Assembly (NCBI GenBank): GCA_965205975.1
Contig: OZ242195.1
Coordinates: 1,696,001-1,760,000 of the forward strand
DNA from: Candidatus Latescibacterota bacterium
Lineage (GTDB): Bacteria > Latescibacterota > UBA2968
Direction of reading: 5' to 3'
Length of the DNA stretch: 64,000 bases
Below the pieces are notes generated by a model. It did not search any database. It saw nothing but the letters and a program-made list of their open reading frames with translations, and was not told the DNA's origin. Shown here piece after piece: positions 51,648 to 61,609 of this stretch. Every line of letters starts with the position of its first letter. Positions within the stretch are counted from its first letter, which is position 1. Made by a program: the position numbers and the translations under genes.

Positions 51648-52646
51648 CTAAGGCAACCTCCGAAATCGCGTATTGCCCAGCACCAATTCCAATGATAGCA
51701 ACGCCAACCCGGGATAGAGAAACAGGTGAAACAACTCGCGATAATCCACATATTCGCGCACTTTGATCTCTGTCTTTTCCATTTCGCCAATCTCCGCGTA
51801 TATCTCCTCCAGCTTTTCTTCACTCGTCGCTCTGAAATATTTCCCACCTGTTGCATCCGCTACTTTTTTAAGCGTCTCTTCGTCAATCTCAACTTTGACC
51901 GGTACAAATCGCTTACCAAAAATCCCATCAACCTCCTGCATAATCGTACCCCTGCTGCCAGCGCCAATCGCATAAATGCGAATCCCCACAGCCTCTGCTG
52001 CACGCGCTGCGGTCATCGGATCGATCTCACCGCGATTATTCTTCCCATCTGTCAATAAAATAATCACCTTACTCTTAGCCTCAGATTCTCGCAAACGATT
52101 CACCGCAGTTGCGATCCCCAAACCAATGGCAGTGCCATCCCAGTCTTTGCCGGCAATTTCAACACCATCGAGAAAACTCAAAAACACGCCGTAATCCAGG
52201 GTAAGCGGGCATTGCGTATAGGCTTCTGCGGCAAAGACCACAAGCCCCAGACGATCATTGGCACGCCCCTGTGCAAATTGCGCTACCACCTCTTTGCACA
52301 CTTCCAACCGGGTCTTGCGCTGGTCCGCCAGATCTTTGGCCTCCATACTGCTCGACACATCAATCGCCAGCGCAATATCAATACCTTGACTTAAAATTTC
52401 TCGGCCTTCGCGCCCTGACTGCGGCCGCGCCATCGCCGCGATGAGCAAAGCCAGAGCCACACAGCGAAACGCGATCAAACTATGCCGCAGTTTCAGCGAA
52501 AGGGACGGGCCAATACGCCGAAAAAGGCGCGTATCGGAAAAACGAATGCGCCCCGACTTGCGCCTTTCGCGCCCAATATAGCGATAGATGAGTACCGGAA
52601 TAAACAACAGGAGCAGCAACCACTCCGGATTGGCAAAACGCATCAC
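51648..52646 (-). CDS. batA: BatA VWA-domain protein
   Basis: DVSSSM, GTAIGLG, SKVIILLTDGKNN, GGKYFRA. Confidence 0.92.
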   Translation of the reverse strand: MMRFANPEWLLLLLFIPVLIYRYIGRERRKSGRIRFSDTRLFRRIGPSLSLKLRHSLIAFRCVALALLIAAMARPQSGREGREILSQGIDIALAIDVSSSMEAKDLADQRKTRLEVCKEVVAQFAQGRANDRLGLVVFAAEAYTQCPLTLDYGVFLSFLDGVEIAGKDWDGTAIGLGIATAVNRLRESEAKSKVIILLTDGKNNRGEIDPMTAARAAEAVGIRIYAIGAGSRGTIMQEVDGIFGKRFVPVKVEIDEETLKKVADATGGKYFRATSEEKLEEIYAEIGEMEKTEIKVREYVDYRELFHLFLYPGLALLSLELVLGNTRFRRLP

Positions 52647-53566
52647 TGGACTGTCTCCTGCGTCACAGAAGGTGTAACCAGAGTGCTCACAATGTCGCGC
52701 ACGCCATCCATCGCCTCGCGCGCCATGTAATCACGCGGTGCAAATTTGGCAAACTTGACCCGATCTGCCTCATTCAAAAAACCTTCTATAGCCATCACCA
52801 ATTGGTCGTCAAACGCCTGGGTACGCAGATCCCGCCCAATTTCAAATGTCGTGCGCTCTACCGCATGTACTGGGGTTTTTTCTTCCAAGCACCGCCTCAA
52901 AACAGCCGACAATAGAGAATAATACTGCCGGTAATTTTCCCGCTCTATCAGCCCCAACTGCCCCACTCTGTCTAATTCCTCTAACCAGTTGACAGGCGGC
53001 GGGGGCAACTCGGATCTGGGGCGACGTCTGCGTCGATAAACATACCAGACCAATCCTGCAAGCAATAGAATCATCCCGCCAACCGCCAGCCAAAACCACA
53101 CGGGAATCTGTGCGACCACAATCATCGGAGGCTTCACATCGCGAATATCCGTTGTGCCTTCTGGTCTGACACTCCGCACCAATACATCAATGGGCTGCGA
53201 CGTAATCTTTCCAGAATCTCCCTCTGCATCGACAAAATTCACGGAAACGGGTGGCACGCGAAATGCGCCCACCTGATAAATCGCCAGCACAATGTCTTGC
53301 GTTTCCCGCACCCGTCCATTTTCAAGTTGCTCTATTTCAACTTCGCCTGTGTACCGAATTTCAAATGGCTGGGGAAAATCTTTTTCGTACGCGATTTCCG
53401 CCTTATCATCAGCCCCGCGATGGATGCGCAGACGCAAAACAAAAGGGTCGCCAATTGTAATGGTATCGCGGTCAACCCCTGTCAAAAATTCTACCGCTGC
53501 ATCGGTCGGAACGGTTTGTATTCCGATCCAAACTATGACGAAAAAGAAAAAATAAATTTTACGCAT
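52643..53566 (-). CDS. Bat-operon membrane-anchored protein
   Basis: Signal peptide, ITIGDP, IRDVKPP, TM, ERTTFEI, ADRVKFAK. Confidence 0.75.
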   Translation of the reverse strand: MRKIYFFFFVIVWIGIQTVPTDAAVEFLTGVDRDTITIGDPFVLRLRIHRGADDKAEIAYEKDFPQPFEIRYTGEVEIEQLENGRVRETQDIVLAIYQVGAFRVPPVSVNFVDAEGDSGKITSQPIDVLVRSVRPEGTTDIRDVKPPMIVVAQIPVWFWLAVGGMILLLAGLVWYVYRRRRRPRSELPPPPVNWLEELDRVGQLGLIERENYRQYYSLLSAVLRRCLEEKTPVHAVERTTFEIGRDLRTQAFDDQLVMAIEGFLNEADRVKFAKFAPRDYMAREAMDGVRDIVSTLVTPSVTQETVQ

Positions 53567-53651
53567 GACGAATTTACGGAGTGGTGTACAACTGGTTCAG
53601 GCCAGTTCAATCGAGCATGACTGCGCCAGCAGTTCATCAGCGAATCTCGCA

Positions 53652-55016
53652 CTAATTTGGGGGGGCAGGGCGGGATTCGTCTATATGAAGTTGCAACCAC
53701 GACATCACCGAATACGGCAACACAACCACCTCGCGGCGCGTTTTTGCCGTGCCGTACCAAAAATTGTTGGCCTGCCCAATGATCAGTTCTTGCACCAGAG
53801 TTTCACCCCGCCACAGAGAAACCGTCAACACGGGATCATTCAGACTATCTGCGGCGGATTTATCCACTTGATCGGGAAACTCGGCAACGACCAGATTGTA
53901 AACGCGGTCAATCAAATCATCAATGTTGGCGTTCCCTTTGACAACGCGCCTATCCCCTACCACCTGCCATAAGCCATCCCCATCTTTCGCACAATTCACC
54001 ACACTGTCTCGATAGGCCAACCGCACGCGATCAACTCCTGTGCGATCAAACTCAAAAACGCGCTTATAACGCAATCGGGTCAATGGAATATCCAGAGCTT
54101 CTGCGAGCAATTGTTCGACGATAAACACCTGCGGCCGACTCATTACGCGCCCATACCACAGTTTCTGCCGATTATTGGGAACGCGCCTGCCCAACAACAG
54201 CGTATTGGGCACTTCATTATCTATTAAATGCAACACAACTTTGTAATCCGGATTGTCGAACCCGTAAGTTGTGGGATCATCCACCGCCTCTTTGTGAAAA
54301 GATGTAACGCGCTCATCTTTCAACTGTCTCAACAATGTCAAAATCTCGCGCGCATCAGCCCGCTCTTTTATCGGCTGAACGAGATGCCACTTCAACCCAT
54401 CCCGCACGACCTCATAAACACCCATAGGCGTTTGGAAATACGCTCGCGAGACCAAATCGGGATCAAAGGAAAACGCCCGCGTATCGCGCAATGCCATCAG
54501 CGGACGATTAAACCGCGCGCGATATTGTTTTTTTGTCAACACGACCTTATCCCCTCCCGACCAGGTCAGATAGCACCCCTGCTTTGAGGGAATATCATCT
54601 CCAAAAAACAACCACACGGGATCGCCTGATACCGGTTCAAATCGCACCTCAACCACGGGCGGATCCAGCCCAAAATCGGCGAGATTAGTCCCTGCGTAAT
54701 CGCCTTCATCAACCACAACACGACCGCGTTCAACAATCTGTGCGATCTCGATCATACCCTCAAATTCTATCCAATCTGCAGGTACTTCCAGCGGCGCGAT
54801 CAGCACCCACTCATTGCCGCGCTTCTCAGCGATAAAGTGCCCGTAGTCATTGGCCAATGTCAACCGCGCAACACCGTGCCGCTGAACTTCAATAAACGCA
54901 TTCTTCGCCTCAATCTCGCGTTGTTTCTCTGCCATGCGAGGACGTTCAAATAAAAAGACAAACCCCACCAGGCCCAAAAGAAAAACCGCCAAAATCGCTG
55001 TTATCTTAATACCCAC
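53652..55016 (-). CDS. DUF4340-domain protein
   Basis: N-terminal TM; repeated W.L..P..AD / FGLDPP / LRD modules; follows GldG. Confidence 0.8.
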   Translation of the reverse strand: MGIKITAILAVFLLGLVGFVFLFERPRMAEKQREIEAKNAFIEVQRHGVARLTLANDYGHFIAEKRGNEWVLIAPLEVPADWIEFEGMIEIAQIVERGRVVVDEGDYAGTNLADFGLDPPVVEVRFEPVSGDPVWLFFGDDIPSKQGCYLTWSGGDKVVLTKKQYRARFNRPLMALRDTRAFSFDPDLVSRAYFQTPMGVYEVVRDGLKWHLVQPIKERADAREILTLLRQLKDERVTSFHKEAVDDPTTYGFDNPDYKVVLHLIDNEVPNTLLLGRRVPNNRQKLWYGRVMSRPQVFIVEQLLAEALDIPLTRLRYKRVFEFDRTGVDRVRLAYRDSVVNCAKDGDGLWQVVGDRRVVKGNANIDDLIDRVYNLVVAEFPDQVDKSAADSLNDPVLTVSLWRGETLVQELIIGQANNFWYGTAKTRREVVVLPYSVMSWLQLHIDESRPAPPN

Positions 55017-55023
55017 AATTCCC

Positions 55024-55103
55024 TCAGTTGTCAGTGGTTAGTAGTCAGTGGTCAGTTACCCCACCCAACCAGCCCTTCTTCTTTCATCTGCGGACGCCTT
55101 TCA
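55024..55103. repeat. Composite intergenic repeat element, second copy
   Basis: tcagttgtcagtggttagtagtcagtggtcagtt...ccagccc...catctgcggacgcctttc. Confidence 0.75.
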
Positions 55104-55109
55104 CACTTC

Positions 55110-56498
55110 TCAACGCCTGCGCCACCAGACCAGCACCCCCGCGACAATCGGGACGCCTGGCAGCACCAGCCAATACACCCACCGAATCCAAAATTCATCG
55201 CCTGGATTCAATGTCAGCGGGCGAAAAAGCGTACTTTTGGGCCGAATCGTAATTTTATCACGCGCCCGGAGCAACCAATTCGCTGCATTCATAAACAAAT
55301 CGCCATTGCCCGCCACTTCCACAAAGCGATTGCTCGCAAAATCCGAATCGCCAAATACCACAATCCGCGCCCGCGCGCCACGCCGATCATCACCCGCCTT
55401 TGCAGCAATAGTGGCCGGGCCTTCCACGACCATCGCCAGCCACAGCGGCCCCGGGCGGTCTGCCCCCGATGTGTATTGTACCGCCTCTTTGTCTTTAGCG
55501 GAAACAGCGTCCAAATTGGTCTCGCTCCAACTATTCGGCGAAGACAGCACCAGCGAAGAAACATCGGCACCTGGCAAAGATCCCACATGTTCCATTGAGC
55601 GCACCAATGGATAAAACGTCTGCAATCCCGAGTGCTTATCCGTAATGGGATGTTTGCTGTAATGTGTCGTCACGGGAACCGAAAAATCTGCGCCCGGCAG
55701 CACCTGGCTTTTATCGACCACAAAATCATTTCGCAGGCCAATAGACCACTTGTGCAACAGCGGCTCAAGCCCCGTATCGATGAGAGGATCCAACAAAAAG
55801 AACGCCGCCCCGCCCTGATTGAGATACGTCGCTACAATATCGATCTCTGCTGGCAAAAACGGGCGTTTTGGTCCCGCGACAATCAGCGCATCACAATCTT
55901 TTGGCACGCGCTGTGATTGCGCCAGCACCAGGGATGGACGCACATCGTGGTTGCCTTCTATGAGCAACTGCTTGATCCCGGAAAATCCCTGCTCTGATCG
56001 ATCGTCGGGATGCGCCTCATTGTGTCCCCCCACAAAATATACCACCTGCCGCTCTTCGCTCATCAAACGCGCAATGCCATTAGTCAGCACTTTTTCAGAC
56101 GCTTCCTGGATCCGTTCTTCCCGATTGCCGTATTCGATCACCGAAACACCATATCGCGTCACAGTATATCGCCGGGCCTCAATCGGCTCTCTGTCGGGAT
56201 CGACAAACCGGTATGCAAAACGCCTCGAATGATAGGCGTACTGTTTGAGCAAATGCTCGTAATCGCGCTGCTCTGCTTCGCGGAAAAACGCCACCACATT
56301 GACATCTTCAGACAAATTTTCCAAAAGAGAAATCGTTTGGGGCGACAGCGTATAAAGACCGCGAGCCGTCAGGTCAAAGCGCGCGTGATACCGCGTGGTC
56401 AAAAAATTAACCACCGCCAGAATACCCAGCGTGATCAACACTGCCACAAGGGCATTAGACCCGTATTTCAATATCCGATGCGATAAAAACTTGGGCAT
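55110..56498 (-). CDS. GldG-family (ABC-type uncharacterized transport) protein
   Basis: DLTARGLYTLSPQT, VDPD, GHNE, AGP, VFGDSDF, N.DLFMNAANWL, WWRRR. Confidence 0.85.
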   Translation of the reverse strand: MPKFLSHRILKYGSNALVAVLITLGILAVVNFLTTRYHARFDLTARGLYTLSPQTISLLENLSEDVNVVAFFREAEQRDYEHLLKQYAYHSRRFAYRFVDPDREPIEARRYTVTRYGVSVIEYGNREERIQEASEKVLTNGIARLMSEERQVVYFVGGHNEAHPDDRSEQGFSGIKQLLIEGNHDVRPSLVLAQSQRVPKDCDALIVAGPKRPFLPAEIDIVATYLNQGGAAFFLLDPLIDTGLEPLLHKWSIGLRNDFVVDKSQVLPGADFSVPVTTHYSKHPITDKHSGLQTFYPLVRSMEHVGSLPGADVSSLVLSSPNSWSETNLDAVSAKDKEAVQYTSGADRPGPLWLAMVVEGPATIAAKAGDDRRGARARIVVFGDSDFASNRFVEVAGNGDLFMNAANWLLRARDKITIRPKSTLFRPLTLNPGDEFWIRWVYWLVLPGVPIVAGVLVWWRRR

Positions 56499-56509
56499 AA
56501 ATCTATCCT

Positions 56510-57631
56510 CTATTTCTCTCCTGAGTAATGGCGCACCGCATCCCAATCGAGTTCTATACCGAGCCCAGGATCTGTGGGAATGGTGAGCAATCCGTCTTCA
56601 TCCAGTACAAACTGCGTGGTGACAATATCTTCAATATAAGGCGATGGGGTAATATATTCGACCCAGCGCGCAATGGGGTGTGCGGCGGCCAGATGGAGGT
56701 CTGCGAAGAGACCAATGGCGGTGTTCCAGCCATGTGTAACGACCAGAACATTGTGGTCATACGCATACCATATCAGGCGACGCACTTCAGAAATACCTCC
56801 CACCTTCGTGACATCGGGCTGGATAATATCATACGCACCGCGCTCAATCCACGGTATAAAACTCTGGCGACGAGTAAAAACTTCTCCACCGGCAATATGG
56901 ACTGGAGAATATTCTCGCAACTTGATATGGCCTTCAATATCGTCGGGGGGGAGGGCTTCTTCAAACCAGGTGACATCGTAATCGCCGAGCATGCGCGCGG
57001 TTTCAATCGCCCATTTGTAATTATGAGGCCAAAAAGCATCGCTGCCGCCCGCATCAACCATGAGTTCCACATCGGGACCACAGGTATCCCGGGCGATTTT
57101 GATGAGGCGTTCATCCATATGGCGGTCAACGCGCCCAAAAGCACCCCAGCCGAGTTTGAGTGCCCTGAAACCGCGGTCGATCGCGTCTTGCAAAGTGTGG
57201 GGAAATATTTCGGGATCTTCAAAGAGAATTGATCCGTAGGGTTTAATTTTCTCCCGATAATACCCACCGAGCAAGCGCCCAATGGGTTGCCCAACCACTT
57301 TGCCTAAAATATCCCACAGCGCGATATCAATACCGCTAATCGCATGTGTAACTGCACCCCCGCGTCCCTGCCAGAAGGTCATCTGGTGAAGTTTTTCAGA
57401 TACGCGCTCGGGTTCCAGCGCGTTCTCTCCAATGATATTGGGGCGCAACAGTCCCATCGCACCATCGACTAATGCTTTGCTGGTAAAAACACTTCCAATA
57501 CCGTTCACACCTTCATCCGTCTGAATTTCGACCAGCGTATGCATATTTTCATCCGGCCCAGGCTCCACTGTCCAGCCCGTCATAGGCGTTTCTCCAAAAA
57601 GCGGAATCGTGCGAACACCGGTGATTTTCAT
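56510..57631 (-). CDS. Mandelate racemase/enolase superfamily enzyme (acid-sugar dehydratase-like)
   Basis: SGIDIALWDI, LMVDA, WFEE, GGE, IQPD, WVEY. Confidence 0.88.
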   Translation of the reverse strand: MKITGVRTIPLFGETPMTGWTVEPGPDENMHTLVEIQTDEGVNGIGSVFTSKALVDGAMGLLRPNIIGENALEPERVSEKLHQMTFWQGRGGAVTHAISGIDIALWDILGKVVGQPIGRLLGGYYREKIKPYGSILFEDPEIFPHTLQDAIDRGFRALKLGWGAFGRVDRHMDERLIKIARDTCGPDVELMVDAGGSDAFWPHNYKWAIETARMLGDYDVTWFEEALPPDDIEGHIKLREYSPVHIAGGEVFTRRQSFIPWIERGAYDIIQPDVTKVGGISEVRRLIWYAYDHNVLVVTHGWNTAIGLFADLHLAAAHPIARWVEYITPSPYIEDIVTTQFVLDEDGLLTIPTDPGLGIELDWDAVRHYSGEK

Positions 57632-58818
57632 ACGTACTCCTTCAAGTATTCGGCTACTGCGCGTGCCACAATAACTTCTTCGTCGGTTTGGACGATCAGC
57701 ACGGCAACCGCACTGTTAGATGCTGAGATCATCCCATCTGTGGGAGGATTGGCATTGGCGACCTCGTCGAGATAAACGCCTAAGTATTCGAGACCGTTAC
57801 AGACGCGCTGGCGCACATTTGCTCCTCGTTCGCCAATTCCCCCGGCAAAAGCAATTGCATCCAGACCGCCCAGTGCGGCGGTGCAAGCACCGATTTCTCT
57901 TTTGATCCCATAACAAAATGCCTCCAGAGCGAGACGCGCACGCACGTGCCCCTTTTGAGCGGCTTCTTCGAGATCGCGCACATCGCCGCTAATACCCGAA
58001 ATGCCGAGCAAACCGCTTTCTTCTGACAAGATGCGGCTCATCTCGCTCGTCGATAAATTTTCTCGGTCCATTATATAGGGAATAATGAACGGATCGATAG
58101 TTCCAATGCGCGTACTATTGATAATACCCGTTTGGGGCGAAAAGCCCATTGAGGTATCTATGGATTGACCGTTGCGAACCGCGCATAAAGAAGCACTCCC
58201 ACCGAGATGGCAGGATACCATGCGGAGATCCTCGCGGTTGAGTATTTGCGCCGTGCGTTGCGAAACGTAGCGATGGGACGCGCCGTGGAAACCGTATTTG
58301 CGAACCTCGTATTTTTTATACCATTCATAGGGTACGCTGTAAATATAGGCATAATCGGGTATATTGGCGTGGAAGGCAGCTTCAAAAAGTCCAATCAGAG
58401 GCAGGTTGGGAGCGCATTGTGCGAAGATGCGAATCGCCTGGATATAGGGCGGATTGTGGGCAGGCGCGAGGCTGTTGTAGTCCGCCATGCGCTGCAAAAT
58501 CTCTTCCGTAAGAAGATAAGTACCCGCTTCTCCGCGCATGTGAACAGTTTTGAATCCAACGGCATTGAGGTCAGATAAGTCAGTTAGAACGCCGGTGTGC
58601 GCATCTGTCAGACGCGCAATAACATCGCGGACAGCAGAGGGATAATCCGGCAAGTGTTGTTCAGTTTCAACAACGTATTCGCCAATCTGATGGACAACGG
58701 GTGAAGACAAATCGCCGATACGTTCGAGACGACCTTCGGCGAGCACCGCTTCACCGGTCATGTCAAACAAGCGATATTTAAATGACGTAGAGCCTGCGTT
58801 TGCAATGAGGATTTTCAT
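57628..58818 (-). CDS. ackA: Acetate/short-chain acyl kinase (microcompartment-associated type)
   Basis: NAGSTSFK, APAHNP, YGFHGASH, CHLGGSAS, MGFSPQTG, GGIGE, TDEE. Confidence 0.9.
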   Translation of the reverse strand: MKILIANAGSTSFKYRLFDMTGEAVLAEGRLERIGDLSSPVVHQIGEYVVETEQHLPDYPSAVRDVIARLTDAHTGVLTDLSDLNAVGFKTVHMRGEAGTYLLTEEILQRMADYNSLAPAHNPPYIQAIRIFAQCAPNLPLIGLFEAAFHANIPDYAYIYSVPYEWYKKYEVRKYGFHGASHRYVSQRTAQILNREDLRMVSCHLGGSASLCAVRNGQSIDTSMGFSPQTGIINSTRIGTIDPFIIPYIMDRENLSTSEMSRILSEESGLLGISGISGDVRDLEEAAQKGHVRARLALEAFCYGIKREIGACTAALGGLDAIAFAGGIGERGANVRQRVCNGLEYLGVYLDEVANANPPTDGMISASNSAVAVLIVQTDEEVIVARAVAEYLKEYV

Positions 58819-59363
58819 GTTCTAACTGTCTCAAGCCTCTGCAGGGGCTTATCGGCAATGGGCAGATGAACGAGCGATGAAGTCACAGCCAGGAGAATCG
58901 CGGCAATCCAAATCATATCGTAAGACCCCGTTGCATCATACACGCGCCCGGCCAGCCACACGCCCAAAAAACTGCCGATCTGATGACTGAAAAAAACAAT
59001 GCCATACAGCGTGGAAAGATAGCGCGAACCAATGATTACACCGAGCACAGTGTACAGACCAAGAGGCGTGCTGACAGAAGACAAAAGCAAAAAACAGACT
59101 GCATAGAGCAATGCGCCGCCAGCAACAACCCATCGCGGCCCAAAACGATCTGCAACAATACCCAAGACAGGCAAACCAAAAATGAGGTTCTGCCACGCGA
59201 TAGCCAGGCTAAAGACTTCGCGGCCAATGCCGAGGTCCTGGCTGATCGGTGACAAAAAAAGGCCAAAGGATTGGCGAATGCCCATGCTGACAAACACAAT
59301 TAGGGCACTGCAAAATATGACAATAGTCGCTTTGCGGTTGGGCACTTTCCGATCCCACCTCAT
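58815..59363 (-). pseudogene. MFS transporter with a large in-frame internal deletion
   Basis: N-terminal MGIRQSFGLF...ADRFG (about TM1-4) joined directly to the C-terminal YLSTLYGIVFFSHQIGSFLGVW.AG..YD.TGSYD; 182 aa versus about 400 expected. Confidence 0.8.
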
Positions 59364-60658
59364 CTATGAACTACTGTCCCATATTCATTGGGAATCGGCC
59401 CGTTGTATTCCCAGGTTTCCCAGGGCGTATCTCGATGCGATTCCCGAACTATGGTTCGAATTTCTGAAACAATATCTGGATATTCAGTTGCGAGATCATT
59501 TTGTTCGCCGATATCCGCTGCCAAATCGTAGAGTTCAACAACGCCTTCGGGATTGGTATGACCCTCGGGTAAATACGCTTTCCAATCGCCGATTCGAACA
59601 GCACTGACACCACGTCGCTCCCAGTAGAGAAATTCGTGCGCTTGTTGGGTATCGCGGTCCAGGAGTGCGGGCAACATAGAAATCCCATCAACCGGTTCCT
59701 CAATGGACGCATCTGCCAATTCGCAGAACGTGGGCAACATATCCTGAAAACCCGAATAATGTGTGCTCACAGTACCGGGTTGAATCGTTCCCGGCCACCG
59801 GGCGACAAAAGGCACGCGGATACCACCTTCATAGAGGCTCCCCTTTTTTGCGCGAAGGGCACCAGCCGCATCGAAGTGTTCAAGCGTATTGCCACTGCCG
59901 TGGGGACCGTTGTCGCTCGTAAAGATAACAAGCGTATTTTCGGCAATTTCGAGCGCGTCGAGCATATCCAAAAGCGTGCCAATATCGCGGTCCATACGCG
60001 TAATCATAGCCGCCTGTGTTTTCTGATTTTCTGTCCAGGGCTTGTCTTTGTAAATATCGAGAGATGGAATTTCGAATCTGGTGTGGGGAATAGTATAGGC
60101 CAAATAGAGAAAAAAAGGATTGGATTGCTGATCGCGCACAAATTGCAAAGCCTCAGCTGTGAGCAGATCGTGTGAATACGATTTGCCGTAGAGCATAATC
60201 TTCTGATCGTTGCGCCAGAGGTGCTGCGGATAATACGTGTGGGCTTCGCGCTGGCAATTGTACCCAAAAAAGTGATCAAACCCCTGATTGTTGGGATCGC
60301 CTTCCGATCCCGGATACCCCAATCCCCATTTGCCAATACAAGCAGTGGCATAACCGCTCTTTTTGAGCAATTTGGCAACCGTCTGCGTCTCCCCGGGAAT
60401 GGGCACATTGCCCTCAATCGGCAAAGCGCGATTGTCCCGCACATAACAATGCCCCGTGTGCAGACCCGTCATAAGCACACACCGCGAAGGCGCACACACC
60501 GAAGACCCGGCATAGTGATCCGTAAACCGAATACCCTCTGCTGCGATGCGGTCAATATTGGGCGTATAAATAAACTCCTGTCCAAAACAACCCAGATCGC
60601 CATAGCCGAGATCGTCTGAGAGAATGTAGATGATGTTGGGCAGAGAATTTTTAGACAT
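59360..60658 (-). CDS. Sulfatase (Cys-type), no signal peptide
   Basis: PNIIYILSDDLG, CAPSR..LMTG, GKWGLG, SDNG, LYEGGIRVP, ELYDL. Confidence 0.93.
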   Translation of the reverse strand: MSKNSLPNIIYILSDDLGYGDLGCFGQEFIYTPNIDRIAAEGIRFTDHYAGSSVCAPSRCVLMTGLHTGHCYVRDNRALPIEGNVPIPGETQTVAKLLKKSGYATACIGKWGLGYPGSEGDPNNQGFDHFFGYNCQREAHTYYPQHLWRNDQKIMLYGKSYSHDLLTAEALQFVRDQQSNPFFLYLAYTIPHTRFEIPSLDIYKDKPWTENQKTQAAMITRMDRDIGTLLDMLDALEIAENTLVIFTSDNGPHGSGNTLEHFDAAGALRAKKGSLYEGGIRVPFVARWPGTIQPGTVSTHYSGFQDMLPTFCELADASIEEPVDGISMLPALLDRDTQQAHEFLYWERRGVSAVRIGDWKAYLPEGHTNPEGVVELYDLAADIGEQNDLATEYPDIVSEIRTIVRESHRDTPWETWEYNGPIPNEYGTVVHR

Positions 60659-61082
60659 GAATTATGGCCTCATCTTGTTCTAACTGACTCAGAAACATCT
60701 GCGGTGTCATAATCTGAATACCGCGAAACGGATGAAGAACAAGCAGATCATTGTCTCCACTGATAAGGTGTGTAGCCCCACCACTAACAGCCAATTCCAG
60801 AAATTTGTTATCCTTCGGATCTCGACATTCGAGTAAGACCTCTGTCACCCGAATCCATTCAGCTTTTCCGATCAGTGCCGCGAGAAATTCTAAACGCTGG
60901 ACTTCCTTTACATATCTTTCAAATCGCTGGCGGCGCAGTACTTCATTGAGTTCGTCAACAGTTGCCTCGGAAATTAATACTTTTCCCTCATCTTGAGCAC
61001 GATCAAAAGCTCGCCGTGGAACAGAATGGGGCAAAAGCACAGCACTGACGATTACGCTCGTATCGAAAACGGCCCGTATCAC
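60651..61082 (-). CDS. PIN-domain putative toxin
   Basis: AVFDTSVIVSA, CRDPKDNKFLELA, SGDNDLL. Confidence 0.9.
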   Translation of the reverse strand: MIRAVFDTSVIVSAVLLPHSVPRRAFDRAQDEGKVLISEATVDELNEVLRRQRFERYVKEVQRLEFLAALIGKAEWIRVTEVLLECRDPKDNKFLELAVSGGATHLISGDNDLLVLHPFRGIQIMTPQMFLSQLEQDEAIIHV

Positions 61083-61297
61083 ACATCCTCCAATAAAGAT
61101 GCTAGATGTTCCGGAGTCAATCCACGAGCCTGCGCCTGTTGTCCGATTTCATCCATCACAGCTTTCAAAGATCGCCGAGGACTGAGCGTGAGGTCCTGGA
61201 GGCAAAGGCGCAAAAGGTATTGCTCTTGAGGTGACATCTCGGCATAAGCTTTTGCGACCTCTTCATCCACCTGAATCGAGATTGTTGCCGTAGCCAT
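61079..61297 (-). CDS. Putative antitoxin
   Basis: TISIQVDEEVAKAY...MDEIGQQAQARGLTPEHLASLL; GTGA-coupled to the PIN gene. Confidence 0.8.
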   Translation of the reverse strand: MATATISIQVDEEVAKAYAEMSPQEQYLLRLCLQDLTLSPRRSLKAVMDEIGQQAQARGLTPEHLASLLEDV

Positions 61298-61408
61298 ATC
61301 AATGTTCTCCTGAAATCTACCATTTTCAAGAAAGTCATAATTTAGATATATTATACACAACGCGAAATTCTGTCCATCCCGTTCATCCATATCGACGAGG
61401 AGCGAGCA

Positions 61409-61597
61409 TTGAAATCTCCAGCAGAAGAACGTTTGCGAAATCCTCCGCCAGACAGTGCCATTGCGCGAGCACGCGATTTTGGCATAGATCTCACATTGCT
61501 CATTGAACGATTGCAACTGACACCAGAAGAACGCGTGTTGCGCCTGCAACGCGAGATGTTAGCCTTTGACCAAATACGCGGTATAGTTAAAAAATAG
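61409..61597 (+). CDS. Small partner of nucleotidyltransferase (GIDLTLL...LTPEER)
   Basis: GAGGAG RBS plus TTG; 62 aa; precedes the NTase. Confidence 0.7.
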   Translation: MKSPAEERLRNPPPDSAIARARDFGIDLTLLIERLQLTPEERVLRLQREMLAFDQIRGIVKK

Positions 61598-61609
61598 GCA
61601 TAAAAGCGC

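Noticed and set aside
56528..57294. Long alternative-frame ORFs (234 and 173 aa) over the enolase-family gene
   Set aside because: They fully overlap a well-supported CDS and have no motifs.
58818..60686. tgttctaactg 11-mer near the ends of the MFS and PIN genes
   Set aside because: Many 11-mer matches are expected by chance in 64 kb, and both copies are coding.
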